From NCBI GenBank assembly GCA_965649765.1, contig OZ287761.1, forward strand, positions 13,144,001 to 13,208,000: a stretch of DNA of 64,000 nt, written 5' to 3'. The translations under genes and the position numbers were made by a program. The DNA comes from Bispira polyomma (Eukaryota). Below are positions 11,001 through 22,848 of the stretch, in pieces; position 1 is the first letter of the stretch; each line of letters starts with the position of its first letter. The notes below the pieces were generated by a model. It was not told the origin of the DNA. It searched no databases and was given only the letters and a program-made list of their open reading frames with translations.

Positions 11001-12375
11001 GCACAAACTCTAGCCAGTCATATACCTTATTGTACTCCTGGGAGCTGACAATCTTGAGAAGATATACACTTTGCATGGGGGGGGGGAGGGGGAATTTTAC
11101 GACATCAGTCATTTTCTGAGATCCTAAAAGAGGGGTCTACACTTTTAGATAATACATTTAGTTTTATCTTTTATGAGACCACTGAGATTTAACTGACGGC
11201 TGGACAGAAACGAGGCGGATCTCTGTTGACTTGTAATAGACAATTAATGACTTTTCTACATGTACGTATTGTATATACCACATACTATACATGTACCCTA
11301 TTTTCTGTAATGAAGGCCCCGCCTCTTCTCTCATATTTCATAATACTAATAGCTCCTCCCCCCACCCCCCTCTATGCAAATCCCCTAAGTCACCATGACA
11401 TTGTACTGTGGGCAGCATCCCCCACTATAGCATACATTTCAGAATTGTTTACAGGGCTGAGTGATGGGCATGACAAATATGGATAACCCAAAAAATTTCT
11501 ACCCTCCTCGGATCCGGGTTATCCTGCATTTTATGTGACCCAATCCCAGTTACCAATTTAGCAATATGGCAGCTGATGTCAACAATATATATCGATGAAA
11601 AAGTGACAAATAACTGGGTGAACTATTGGAAATTTTGAGGAAAATGAACACAAGGAGCTAAAATTAGACAAAAAAACTATTGATCAGACAAAGCGACTTA
11701 AAGTTGAAGCTCATTATTGAGTAAGCAGGCAACCTATCTCACCCCCTACTAAAACTTGGTGGCAAAATCAGTCAAAACCTTAATAATCTAATTATAGCCC
11801 AAAACATTACAATTTGTTTAATTACACATTACACATATTAAGTGTTGCATTCGAGCTTCAACTAGTGTACTACACTCGAACAGATAAGGGGGAACGAATT
11901 TAATTTCATTACTCAGTAAATGGGGAGAGGGGGGGGGGGGAGAGGTTGATGCTTTCTGTAAAACATGTTGCAAGGTCCCATCTCTAAAATTCTGAAGGGA
12001 GCCTGAACGGCCACCATAAGCAAAACGTTGTAAATTTAACCTGACGTAACATGGCCGACAGAATTCAGCAAATGTTGGAGGTTTAGGTTTTATTTTATAT
12101 TAAATGAGATGTACAATGTCAGCATAAAATAATAGAAAAATTGGCTGCTTTATCATACATAAGGAATGAGGGGATGTGTTTATTTTTGCCCGATTCTATC
12201 TGTGTATATGCCGATTTTGATTTACAACATTTTGTGTGTGGTAGCCCTTCTGTCTCTTTTCGTACATTCCGTCTTCAAAATAACAGCAAGGAATCTTGCT
12301 AAATGGGGTCAGAATATCTAGTCATAGAATCTATCTGAACTACCTTAATTACTACATGGGGCTTTCAGTAGCAGC

Positions 12376-13641
12376 TAGGGGTGGGGCGGGTGCAAAAAAA
12401 TTTTTTCAATGGCTCGTACTCGAGGAAACCCGACTCGAATTCGGGTATTTGCGAGGTTTAGTATTTACCATTTAGAAACACCAGAAATACATATGGCCGT
12501 TACCCGTACTGATGTTTTTGTGAAATAATCTGATATTTTAAAACATATTTAGAAATATGGAATGAAATCTAGGTTATTTGACCAAATCTAAAATATTTTT
12601 TGATGTAACCAGGCCGAAATGTGCAAATGTTAACATTTTATGCATTTCTACATTGTGTGAGCGATAATCTGTTACAATACCGAGTAGTCGAGTTTCGGGG
12701 CTACGCGAACGAGAAGATGAACCGGAACTTGGCCTGAGAAACTTCTAGTATGTCCCCTAGCCGGCTCCTTGGCAACGTTCGTAGACTTGACAACAGGTCA
12801 TCTATGGTCAGCAGTTATACTGTGAACCACCCCTGTGATAGTCTCAGTACTCAATACATCCTTCAGATTCTCCACAGAACAAGCCTGGTAGAAAAGTCTG
12901 ATATTTGCAAGAGTATATTAAATTCCCCGTAACAGAAGACGAGCCTGGGGAAATAAAAACGTACTCTGACTGGAGAATCTTACTCGTCCAGAAAAGAGAA
13001 CTCGTCTAGCAAATGGTCATCTTGCTAATTCAATGGGGCCAGCACCCAGAAGAAGGGATGTCGTTCTCTCGTATGAAGTACATTTAGTTAACTTCGAAAT
13101 CTCGCAAATCACCTTCCATCACATTTCGAAGACTCCCCAACTTGGGACAATACATAAAAGATCGCAATCTAGCATGATAAGTCCACAATATAACTTCTAC
13201 TGTGCCCCTTCTTACTTCCTTCTATCGAAGCCCTGAAGAGTTTCAAAAGAAACTTCAGAATTAAATAAAATTTTTCCGAGACGTCCACACACAGTGACGG
13301 CCAACAAAAAATGATGAGGTTTACCGCCTTGGGATTTCCCACGTGACCTATCAGGGGGGACTGACCATTGTCCACTACACAGACCTAAAATTCACTGGTA
13401 TGCTTAAGGTAGCATAAAACGTTTATCTTCGTTGGCCAGTGAATTGGACGGCTCCAACACGTAAGCTATTGTTAGGAAATGGTAAGGGCAATTTTCGCTA
13501 TAAAAGTTAACATTTTATGCATTTCTACATTGTGTGAGTGATAATCTGTTACAATACCGAGTAGTCGAGTGGGAAAATGGACTCGATTCCTTGCAAAAGT
13601 GGGCTCATACAGCGAGTGTGGAGCCCTCGGTTGCATCCTTA
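12376..13641. mobile_element. Non-autonomous hAT-like element with 8-bp TSD, carrying an internal insert
   Basis: Identical 8-bp flanks GTAGCAGC (12368-12375 and 13642-13649); degenerate termini TAGGGGTG.../...CATCCTTA; ACTCG/CGAG/ACCCG subterminal motifs. Confidence 0.7.
12694..13505 (+). pseudogene. Highly degenerate DIRS-like retrotransposon fragment (RNase H to tyrosine recombinase region)
   Basis: Motif relics in the expected order: LDNRSSMVSSYTVNH (like RNase H DNxxxVxYIN), VSKETSELNKIFPRRPHT (like the recombinase N-terminus) and LPPWDF (like PPWDL). Many stops and frameshifts. Bracketed by a 65-bp direct duplication. Confidence 0.45.
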
Positions 13642-13741
13642 GTAGCAGCAGATGAATGGATGATACAACAGACACTGAGTATTAGTGAGTAGCATTATAT
13701 GGCCAGACACACATACACAAACCACATGTAAATAGATAGAA

Positions 13742-13994
13742 TAAGAAATCCAAAATTCGCCACTGTATCAAAAATTCACAGGCTACCTAGAAAAATGGTT
13801 GCGTTTTTTGGTTAGTAGAATTGTAGGGTACTATGTGCCGAAATTGCAATTTTTTGTGACTACTTTAAGCTTATACTTTACCTACATTCCAGTTATTTTT
13901 CAACCATTTTTTTTTATTGATGATGTGGCTTATATTTTGCGGATTAGTAGTGGCGAAAATTGTAAGATACAGTGGCAAATTTTAGGTTCCTTAC
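13742..13994. mobile_element. MITE family A (TIR GTAAGGAATCTAAAATTCGCCACTGTA)
   Basis: Inverted termini; same family at about 17540, 20626, 21942 and 26270. Confidence 0.8.
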
Positions 13995-14648
13995 TGTACA
14001 TATACACAAGGATAGAGGAGGGGGAATGGAGGGGGGGGTTGTTTGGGGGGAGGGGGGGGGCAGTTATTAGTGTTTGTCAAGGGGCCCTACCTCACTGCAC
14101 ACACACACCATACTACACACACATTATACTGCCTACACAGCAGTTCTATTGATCCAGTGACGGTGGAGGGGGGGAGGGGGGGAGGGGAGGATGGAGGGAT
14201 CATTAGCTGGATATTGCAGCAAGTATTGATCTCTCTATGCAAGGTAGTTAGACTCAGCATCCCTATGTACTCATGGAAGAACTCCACAAAAACAAAAAAA
14301 AACAAGGACAAGTTATCTCTCAACACTGCCTGAGTATCCCCCCCACCCCCCCACCCCCCCCCTGTAACCAATTAATTTCATAGTTTTTTGTAACTCTGTC
14401 TGAAAAGCAACACCTCCTCTTCACCATGACCTCTGAACAATTACACAATTTATTAACCCATTTCTTTTTTTCTATTTATTTAAATTTTTTTTTCATTTTT
14501 TTTTTTTTTTTTTTTTTTTTGGGGGGGGGGGGGGGGGTGTTGTCAGACTGACAGACTAAAGGTATAAATAATTACTGCAAGAGCTTCTAAATTTTCTTTG
14601 GGTAATACTGAACAACTGCAATACTGGAAGTCCACATATTATTATAAC

Positions 14649-14862
14649 TACAGGAGAACCTCTATTATCCGAACTTTTATAGGGAAATCTGAATACATTC
14701 AATTTTATGAACAGATTTCCTACTCTCCCAAATTAATTGTCCTCCTATTTGTTTTTATACACAAAAAGATCTTCTATATTAGTATTTTATGAACCTCCTA
14801 TTATCCAAACAATCTATTGGTGTGTTCTCCCAACATGTTCGGATAATAGAGTTTCTACTGTA
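14649..14862. mobile_element. MITE family B (Tc1/mariner-pogo/Tigger-like, TA TSD)
   Basis: TA|CAGGAGAACCTCTATTATCCGAAC ... GTTCGGATAATAGAGTTTCTACTG|TA. Confidence 0.85.
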
Positions 14863-15576
14863 CTTTTAAGTTTTAATTGCTTAATAAGATTCTTGTTTAT
14901 ATTATTGTGAGACATCCATCTGAAATTACTTTTTTCGTCAAATAGCCAATAATAATGACTCAATTTTTGTTTTTGTTTTTTAAACAAACACTTCGGATAG
15001 TAACTTCAGAGTAGCATCTCTGTGTCTCGTAATAAGGAGATTGATAAAAAAAAACACCAGGCCGAGCACATTCAAGGTCAGCGACTGACAATCGTTGACT
15101 GGCTAACAATATGTACTGCATCTCAGTGAGTGTGAAGAGAGTGAAAATAATTACCATGTGATTGTATATTGAGTTCAAACTAACCTGTAAGGAACTTATA
15201 ACCTACATTCTAAGTCTTGAAGCTCAGTCACTTCATGTCACGGGTAGAACGTCAATATTTATTTTTACATTTGTCGATAAATTATAGAAGGAATAGTTTT
15301 CCTGTTTTCTCTTTTTTTTTTCAAATATCTGCACTTACAACGCTAAAACTAAGCCACAAATTCATAATGCACTTCCCACAGACAAACTTTGCACGGGGAC
15401 ATTATGACACCAACAATAAGGTACTCCTAAAAGTCATCCTCAACTTTGGTTTGTGTTTGGTTCCTTTGAATTAAGCAAGAGCAAGTTTGCAGAATGCAGA
15501 TAAAAACCACGCTAAATATAAACCCGAGTGATAATGGTACTGAACATTTCTTAATTGTCCTTGAATTAACGTAGCT

Positions 15577-15998
15577 AACTGCCAGCATGTGTGTTCTATA
15601 GTTTGTTAGTGTTCATTGTGTGTCAGTATCTTTGTTTAATTATGTACACCTTGTGTGTATTGACAGTAACTGTGTCTCACTCCTAAGTCTTGGAAAAAAA
15701 ACTGAACCTAATTCTACGATATCTTAAACCATCAAAGACCCCTTAAACGTTAGTTTTTCTTTTGTAGTTTTTATAAACACATTAGGGACAACCTTTTCAC
15801 TTCAAAAGCTACACTCCATCAATTCATTTATTAAATCTAATCTCTTTGCAGCTTGGAATGCCTTTAGTGACCTACTTATGTATAAGATTTAGGAGTGAGA
15901 CACAGTTACTGTCAATACACAAGAGGTTTACATAATTAAACAAAGGTACCGACACACAATGAACATTAACAAACTATATAACACACATGCTGGCAGTT
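15577..15998. mobile_element. Foldback element with inverted arms of about 115 bp
   Basis: 15577-15691 is the near-exact reverse complement of 15884-15998 (AACTGCCAGCATGTGTGTT...CTCACTCCTAAGTCTT). No TSD seen. Confidence 0.85.
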
Positions 15999-16257
15999 CA
16001 TCCCCATTACAGTTGTTCATCATATATTACATCTGTATACACACCCCACCTTTACAAAAATGGCTTAATATAATTGTATTCAAGGATTGTTACCTAATAG
16101 CTAATATAAAATATATTAAAACTAAAGCTTTTTTTTTTTCTTTTGTGTCAGTGTGTTAATCTGACACTGCAACTTCAAGCACTGTTGTATTCATGTAGGT
16201 CATAATGTACTCTTCTTAGTGGACCTTAATAAATGAGTACATTGTGTATAACACATC

Positions 16258-17135
16258 TTTTTTTGGTTTACTACCTCCAAAAGTAGTGGTGTCATCGCCA
16301 GTGTATATTGCGGCTCAAGGCCGTGGAGTGAACCGTGAGCGATATCGCTGTATTTACCGTCACTGAAGTAAAATATTTGGTTAAGTTTCTAAAAAACTAT
16401 ATCCCAGACTACAGTTTTAAGTTACGGTCACATATATTAAAATAACTTATACCTGTAACTCGTGTTTGCTGTGTATGTAGAAGATCACCTAAAATATATT
16501 GTATTTTGAGAAGTGTATCTGTGTATATAATCATAGCATTGAAAACAGATATAAGGTAATATATGTGAGCGATTACTGCCGAGTCCAAAGTTAAATATCC
16601 TTATATGGAAGTTGGTGCTTTGGGGTACTCCTAACAATGATACACATGATATATACATGCTAGAATAAATGAAAGCCATTTTCGGGACGTTTTGTTGATT
16701 TGTGATAGAAGATATATTGCAAAATATATTACTTTCTAATCCATGGGGTTTAAATGTATATATACATGCATTATTTTTATTGGTGTGAGATGCATCGCTG
16801 TTTTTAAGCCTAAGTTAAAAACTAAATCAGTGGAGAACAGCTTTATAAAACATATAATAAACTGATAAACACTATTTTTTGAGACAACAGAATTTGGGGA
16901 AAATAGAATTGCTACTATACTTGAACATTATATGTATTTATATGACATCGTATCTTCAAAACATATGTCTTAATAAGTAATTTAAACTCACAATACAATA
17001 AATTTCATATAACATTATTATGGCAGTCTTTAAAAAACTTCTAAAATTTGGTTTGGAGTGATTTTTAAAGCTATTAAGTATGAAAAGGCGGAGACAAGCC
17101 TTGACATTACTGAAACTGTGGATTTGCTTCTATTG
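16258..17135 (+). mobile_element. Degenerate HINE/DINE-like element
   Basis: T-run then TACTACCTCC at the 5' end; AAAAGGCGGAGAC...CTTCTATT at the 3' end; internal sequence of typical style. Strongly decayed. Confidence 0.35.
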
Positions 17136-17539
17136 AAAAGTGATACTAACACAGCTTATGAAAACATGCAATATGATGGGCCATTAGCAAAAAAAAGAAC
17201 CCAGGAGAGAAAACTGGTTTCAATAGCTTAAATTGTTTCTCTTGACTCCCATTTGTGAAATCCATTTCTGTGAACCACTAATGTTACATGGAATCCCCTT
17301 ACACACCACATCCTGGCTTCTAAATATCAAGGTTTGCCACTCAGGTTATCTCTTATTTCCCCCCCCCCCCCCAAAAAAAAAAAAAAAAAAAAAATGAAAA
17401 AAACAAAAAGAATGAAAAACTCAGCAAGACATTGGTAAAACGTTCCGCAATAATTACTGTGGATATTAATGCCAAAATTACAAGACTATTTCTTATATTA
17501 ATCCAGTAGTAAACTCTGTATAAATGAAATGATTATAGC

Positions 17540-17730
17540 GTAAGGAATCTCAAATTCACCACGGTATCTCAAATTTGCCACCTAAAAAATGTGTTTTGGC
17601 TGGAATTGTGGCTAATATTTGCTGAAATTGAGATTTTCGTGACTTTTTTGCCCTACTTACCTAAATTACAGTTATTTTTGCCAGTTTTTATTGACTTTAG
17701 CTTAAATTTTAGGGGTGGCGAATTTAGTCT
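17540..17730. mobile_element. MITE family A, right end degenerate
   Basis: GTAAGGAATCTCAAATTCACCACGGTATC start and shared internal sequence. Confidence 0.7.
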
Positions 17731-17744
17731 ATTGTATATTTAAT

Positions 17745-18092
17745 TGGTGGACGATTAGACAACAGGTCAAAACATTGTCGGCGACACTGCTTGATCGTGG
17801 ACGATCAGTTTTTAACTTATAAGATATTTTGATGTTTTAATGTTATTTTATATAGTTTTTATGTCAAATAAAGCAATTTTTCTCACTTTTACGTTTGTTT
17901 TCATTTACCACCATTGTTTACCAGAAGCCATAAATATCAAACGTTTGAATTTAACCAATTTGTTACCGGTTCAAAAATAATCGGCCTGGGATGTAAGGAT
18001 GGGTAACATAATACTTCAAACAATATAATCATGTGATTAATCGATTATAGATCGATCATCAGTCGGCAAATGATGCAATTAATCGACCTAGC
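17745..18092 (-). mobile_element. Non-autonomous DNA transposon family C
   Basis: Reverse-complement similarity to 28062-28483 (GGTCGATTAATTG ... CATCCCAGGCCGA ... GAATCGTCCAC). Confidence 0.65.
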
Positions 18093-18328
18093 ACAAACAG
18101 GCCAATTCCTAGCCTCAACTTGTATACCAGTCAATACAACTTTCGAAATAAAAATAAAGAGCAGCTGAAAATGGATGAGTTTCACTTCAAAGATTTAGAA
18201 TCGAAAATGTATTTTGTATTTACATATTTTTCTAGTTTCTGCAAGTCGTCCATCTGGGTGTAAGTTTTAGTAATTAAGTCTATTAATTATTGAATGAAAT
18301 TACATTTGAAATCCATTTACATGAAATA

Positions 18329-18996
18329 GTGGTTCCACATTGCCGGTTTTGAGGTCCAGAGCGAGTCCGGGGACGAAAACGGAGTGAACGTATAGGTCGG
18401 GAAGGATATCCAACATGTTTGATATTTTGTAAAAGTCTCCCGACTTACCTCCCCGGACCTCTAAAAACGGGAAGGTCGTCTTTGGCAAATAAGTTTAATG
18501 TTATTGCGAATACGTACTGCCTGACAGGTCTTACCTCACTCCAAGCCTGTCCTAACACTAGCTCGTCAAAACGTATAGGTAGTGGGGCGAAAACAGGGTG
18601 AACAGAGCGATCGGGAAGAATATCTGATCAAAAAACATATATAAGCCCATTTTGTCAGTTACTTTACCATAATTGGTCCCGACTTTGACTTTTGGGTGTT
18701 CGATCCTTATGGTCTGGGATATGAATCTGTCAGAGCGTATTGCCCATACGTTCGATCCTAGGGCGATACATCAGATCTTATCGGCAGTAAGTTCGATCCT
18801 CAAGTAAATTTGGAGAAAGGGGCTGTTTTGGTACAGACCTCAAGTTTCATCTTGCTCGGTGTCCCGTCAAAACGGGACGCAATGAGTTCGATCTGCAAGG
18901 TCGCCCCACATTTTCATTTTTCCGCCTTGTTTGCCCCGCCCACCTCAACCTCGAAATCGGGCCCATTTTGCCGATCGAACTTGAATGTGGAACCAC
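18329..18996. mobile_element. PIF/Harbinger-like non-autonomous element
   Basis: TIR GTGGTTCCACATT / AATGTGGAACCAC; GC-richer interior with recurrent TCGGGA/TTCGATC motifs. Confidence 0.65.
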
Positions 18997-19409
18997 CACT
19001 TTAATACACTATTTTTCTCAGAAACCACTGTGCAAAGTCTGCAGATGCAACTAAAACTCTTTTCTAGTTTATACAAACAGAGTATGGTAATGTTGTGAAA
19101 ATTTTGGTCCCTTATAACATTGTAATCACTTGCATTTGTACACAATACCGTGGATGAAACATTCTTAGAATGCAATTAGCCAATCAAATTCTTCGAAAAA
19201 AATATATTTTCAGCCAATCAAATTGCTTAATTAAAACAAAAACTTGACAACAAGACTAAGAATCATTGTGAATACCTGAATTGCACTTTAACAAGATTGT
19301 TCAGATATTCTGAAATTTCAAATATAGTGCAAATTTAACGGGGGGAAAATAAAACCTTTGGGAGAATTATTTCTAAAAGGAATTTCTGAAATTTGTTTTA
19401 AAAATCAAG

Positions 19410-19623
19410 TACAGTAAAACCTCTATTATGAAAACATGTATGGAGAGCAAGATCATGTTTGGATAATAGAAGGTTTGTACAATAGAAGGTTAGCATAATA
19501 GAAGAGGCATTTTTTATACAAAACAGTAGGAAAACTTTTCATTTGGGAGAGGTGGAAAAAATTAAATTCATGAAACTTAATATTCAGATTATAGAAGTTC
19601 GGATAAATAGAGGTTCCAGTGTA
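19410..19623. mobile_element. MITE family B
   Basis: TACAGTAAAACCTCTATTAT ... GGATAAATAGAGGTTCCAGTGTA. Confidence 0.8.
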
Positions 19624-19894
19624 TTCAGACACTACAGGGTTTGTATATTAGAGAAAGCAGCTGTGATTTCTTTGGACATGATGTGAAATGGGTCCCAGAA
19701 CTTCCTCATATTAAGATGGATCATTGACAGCTCCGATTTAGAGTATACAAGACCCCCAGTCCTCCCCCCTACCCCCAAACCCCCTATCATCTCTCTATAC
19801 CCAATTACCACAGACTGTTAAGCATAGGATATTACCCGCGGGTACAGCAGGTATTGTGTTAAATGTTATTTGAGATAATAAGTTCCAAAATAAA

Positions 19895-20092
19895 TACAGT
19901 GGCACCTCTTATTATCCAACCACCTTAGGGAGAATAAAGATTTTGTTCGGACAATAGAAAGTCCATCAAATAGAAGAGGTGTTTCAGGAAAAAAAAAACA
20001 ATGACAAAAATATAAATTTAGGAGAGTGAAACTGAGTTCATTAAATCAAATCTTCAGATAATAGAAGGCCGGATAATAGAGGTTTTACTGTA
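19895..20092. mobile_element. MITE family B
   Basis: TACAGTGGCACCTCTTATTATCC ... CGGATAATAGAGGTTTTACTGTA. Further partial copies near 20360-20499, 21128-21160, 21400-21480, 26597, 32560-32720 and 53865-53925. Confidence 0.8.
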
Positions 20093-20625
20093 CTCTTTTT
20101 GGAAAGAGAACTACCTCACATACAGTTACAGTTTAAATAATATTTATCACTGCATTACTCTTAGCAGATTTAAAATCCGCCTAGACCAAATTAAAATTTG
20201 TTTTCACCTAGGCGGAATTAAAATTTCCAAGTTCTTTTAGTATAATTTTAATCCGGGCAGTTTTTTTCTTGCTATGTCCTGATATTGCCCGATATTGAAG
20301 TAATTTTACGTCTCATATCAATGTACATCAACACAAACGATTTACCCACTATCGAATATTTATAGAAGGTTCGTAAAAGAGAAGAGGCATGATTATGTAC
20401 AAAACAACAGCAAAAACATCCATTGGGAGAGTTGGAAAATGGGTTCATAAAATTGAATATTCGGATAATTAAAGTTTGGATACTACAGATTCTACTGTAT
20501 TGATGGGAAAGCTTGACCTCTACAAAGGTCAGTTAATAAGACCTTATTTTATTAAGTGAGATTGTGTCATACTTACTATTATTTACAAATATTTAGAGGC
20601 ACTTTTCTGGTCAACAAAACTCATC

Positions 20626-20878
20626 AGGAATGTAAATTCGCCACTGTATCTGAAGTTCGCCAGCCACCTAGAAAATGTTTGTAAGTTTGGTAGTGTAGAA
20701 TTGTGGGGTAAAGATTTTGCTGAAATTGAAATTTTTTTGTGACTATTTCGCTCTTCTACTGACCTAAATTTCTAGTACTTTTTCAGTCGGTTTTTTTTTA
20801 TTTGGATTAAATTTTAGGGGGGGGGGGGGGGGGGGGGTTATTATATTCAGATACACAATGGCGAATTTTAGATTCCTT
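20626..20878. mobile_element. MITE family A
   Basis: AGGAATGTAAATTCGCCACTGTATC ... ATGGCGAATTTTAGATTCCTT. Confidence 0.8.
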
Positions 20879-21941
20879 CTTCTCTACATCACAGAAACAT
20901 CATAATTTACATATTAATGTAGTGGGTTTCTTCCCCTCAAAACCAAGCACGAGTATCAGCAAGCATAAGGTAAGGAAATGACACCTTGATATTAAATATA
21001 TTGGCCTGAATGACCCCACCTGCATTGACGGGTAACTACCTTGATACTCTGCCCATAACAATAATTTGCCCAAATGCAGTTTTAAGAGGCATATGCTGAC
21101 TTATGTTAGGAATCATGATGCAAATAGTACAGTAGAACATCCATATCTAAACATCTTTGGAGATACAGTAGTAGCCTCTGTATAACTAGAACCTCCAATA
21201 TCCACCGGATTTGGTTCTAGTTATAGCATACTTCCACTTATAGCTGCAAAAATATAGCATTTTCTGATGTTGAGACCTCAAAACTACATGTAGTTCCACT
21301 TATACCTAAATTCGACTTACACCAGTTTTATACAGAGTTTACTGTAGTATCATGTAAATACTGACATAGTCACCAATGCCAATAGGTAACAATAGATCCT
21401 CTATTATACAAACATCTTTGAGATACTGACTTTGTAACCATAATGCCAATGGTAGAGTGGAATCTCTATTATCCAAATGTACAAGGGTCTCTAGTGACAG
21501 TGACAGTTTGTCCAGATATAACAGGTGCATTCATTTAATTATAAAGCAAGAGGTTCTAAAGAAGACAAAATTCATCAAAATACACATATAGAAAAAATAC
21601 AGGATTTTGAAAGTTTAAAAGAATAGGTGTTACTGAAATTCTAAACAATGAAAGAAGAGCACCAAATTACAATACATGTGGAAATTTTACCAAATTTTCT
21701 CACTAACTAGTAACTACAATTTGCCATTTTTAGTTTGTTTTTTTTAGGTTTCCTTGTATACATTTCCATTTGTCAGTAATGGGGGGAGGGGGGGGGGAAC
21801 CATGTATTATTGCCTAAGGGGTGTATATATGTTACTCATTGACTCATCTGTAGCACAACAATAATAGCTTGCTTCTTTCTTCTCTACTTTGTTTATTATC
21901 AATGAATTTCCCCAAAGCTTTAGGGACACCAGGGACATTAC

Positions 21942-22195
21942 TAGAGTAAGGAATCTAAAATTCGCCACTGTACCTGAAATTTGCCACCTAGAAAATGTGG
22001 TGTTTTTTTGGTATAGAATTGTGGGTAAATATTTGCTGCTGAAATTGAGATTTTTGTGTAACTATTTTGCTTAAAACTTACCCTAAATTCTAGTTATTTT
22101 TCACTCAGTCCTTTAATTATATTGGCCTAAATTTTAGGTGTGTGGCAGTGGCGAATTTCAGACATACAGTGGCAAATTTTAGATTCCTTACTCTA
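21942..22195. mobile_element. MITE family A
   Basis: TAGAGTAAGGAATCTAAAATTCGCCACTGTA ... TACAGTGGCAAATTTTAGATTCCTTACTCTA, near-perfect TIR of about 31 bp. Confidence 0.85.
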
Positions 22196-22405
22196 ACTCA
22201 CTACACACACAGGATATCTCCATTCGGTGTTTTCTTCAATCCTCTTCAATATGATTAATACAAACGGCTACTCTTAAATGGTCTGGATTAAAGGAGTTTG
22301 CAAACAACATTTAGGGTACCGGGCACTCGATAGTTACAATAGTAGAAACACCACAGACTGCCAGATAAAATGTTCAAACAACCACGAACAACAACAAGTC
22401 CTGTT

Positions 22406-22848
22406 AGTGAACGTTTCCATGCAGGCAACTTTCTGAGCCGACCAGCCGACGTATAACAGGCAATTTTCAATTTTTATGTTTCTATACAATATTTGAGAAA
22501 ATCGATACCTGTATTTAAACCTGAATATCTCAGCCATTTCTAAACCGATTATGATGCAACAAAAAGCACAATATACCTGATGAAATAAGCTTTCTTACTA
22601 TATTTTCATTAAATTTATACCTTCAGTAATTTTTGAGTTATTTAAAAAAACGACAATGTGTACAAGGCGACGGGCAATGCCAGGCGATTTTTTTCGCTCC
22701 TAGTACCGAAAAAATCGCCTGGCATTGCCTGTCGCCTATCGGCGTTGCTCACATGGAAACACTTGGTTATAAATCAATGAAACTGATAGAATCGCCGTCG
22801 GCCGTCGCCTGATCGCCTCAGAAAGTTGCCTGCATGGAAACGCACACT
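22406..22848. mobile_element. PIF/Harbinger-like MITE
   Basis: TIR CGTTTCCATGCAGGCAACTTTCTGAG / CTCAGAAAGTTGCCTGCATGGAAACG with TTA-type flanks; internal palindrome at 22665-22737. Confidence 0.75.

Noticed and set aside
15155-15184. 30-nt phase-0 microexon candidate (VSLNSIYNHM), minus strand
   Set aside because: Weak pyrimidine tract with competing AGs; cannot be distinguished from chance without RNA data.
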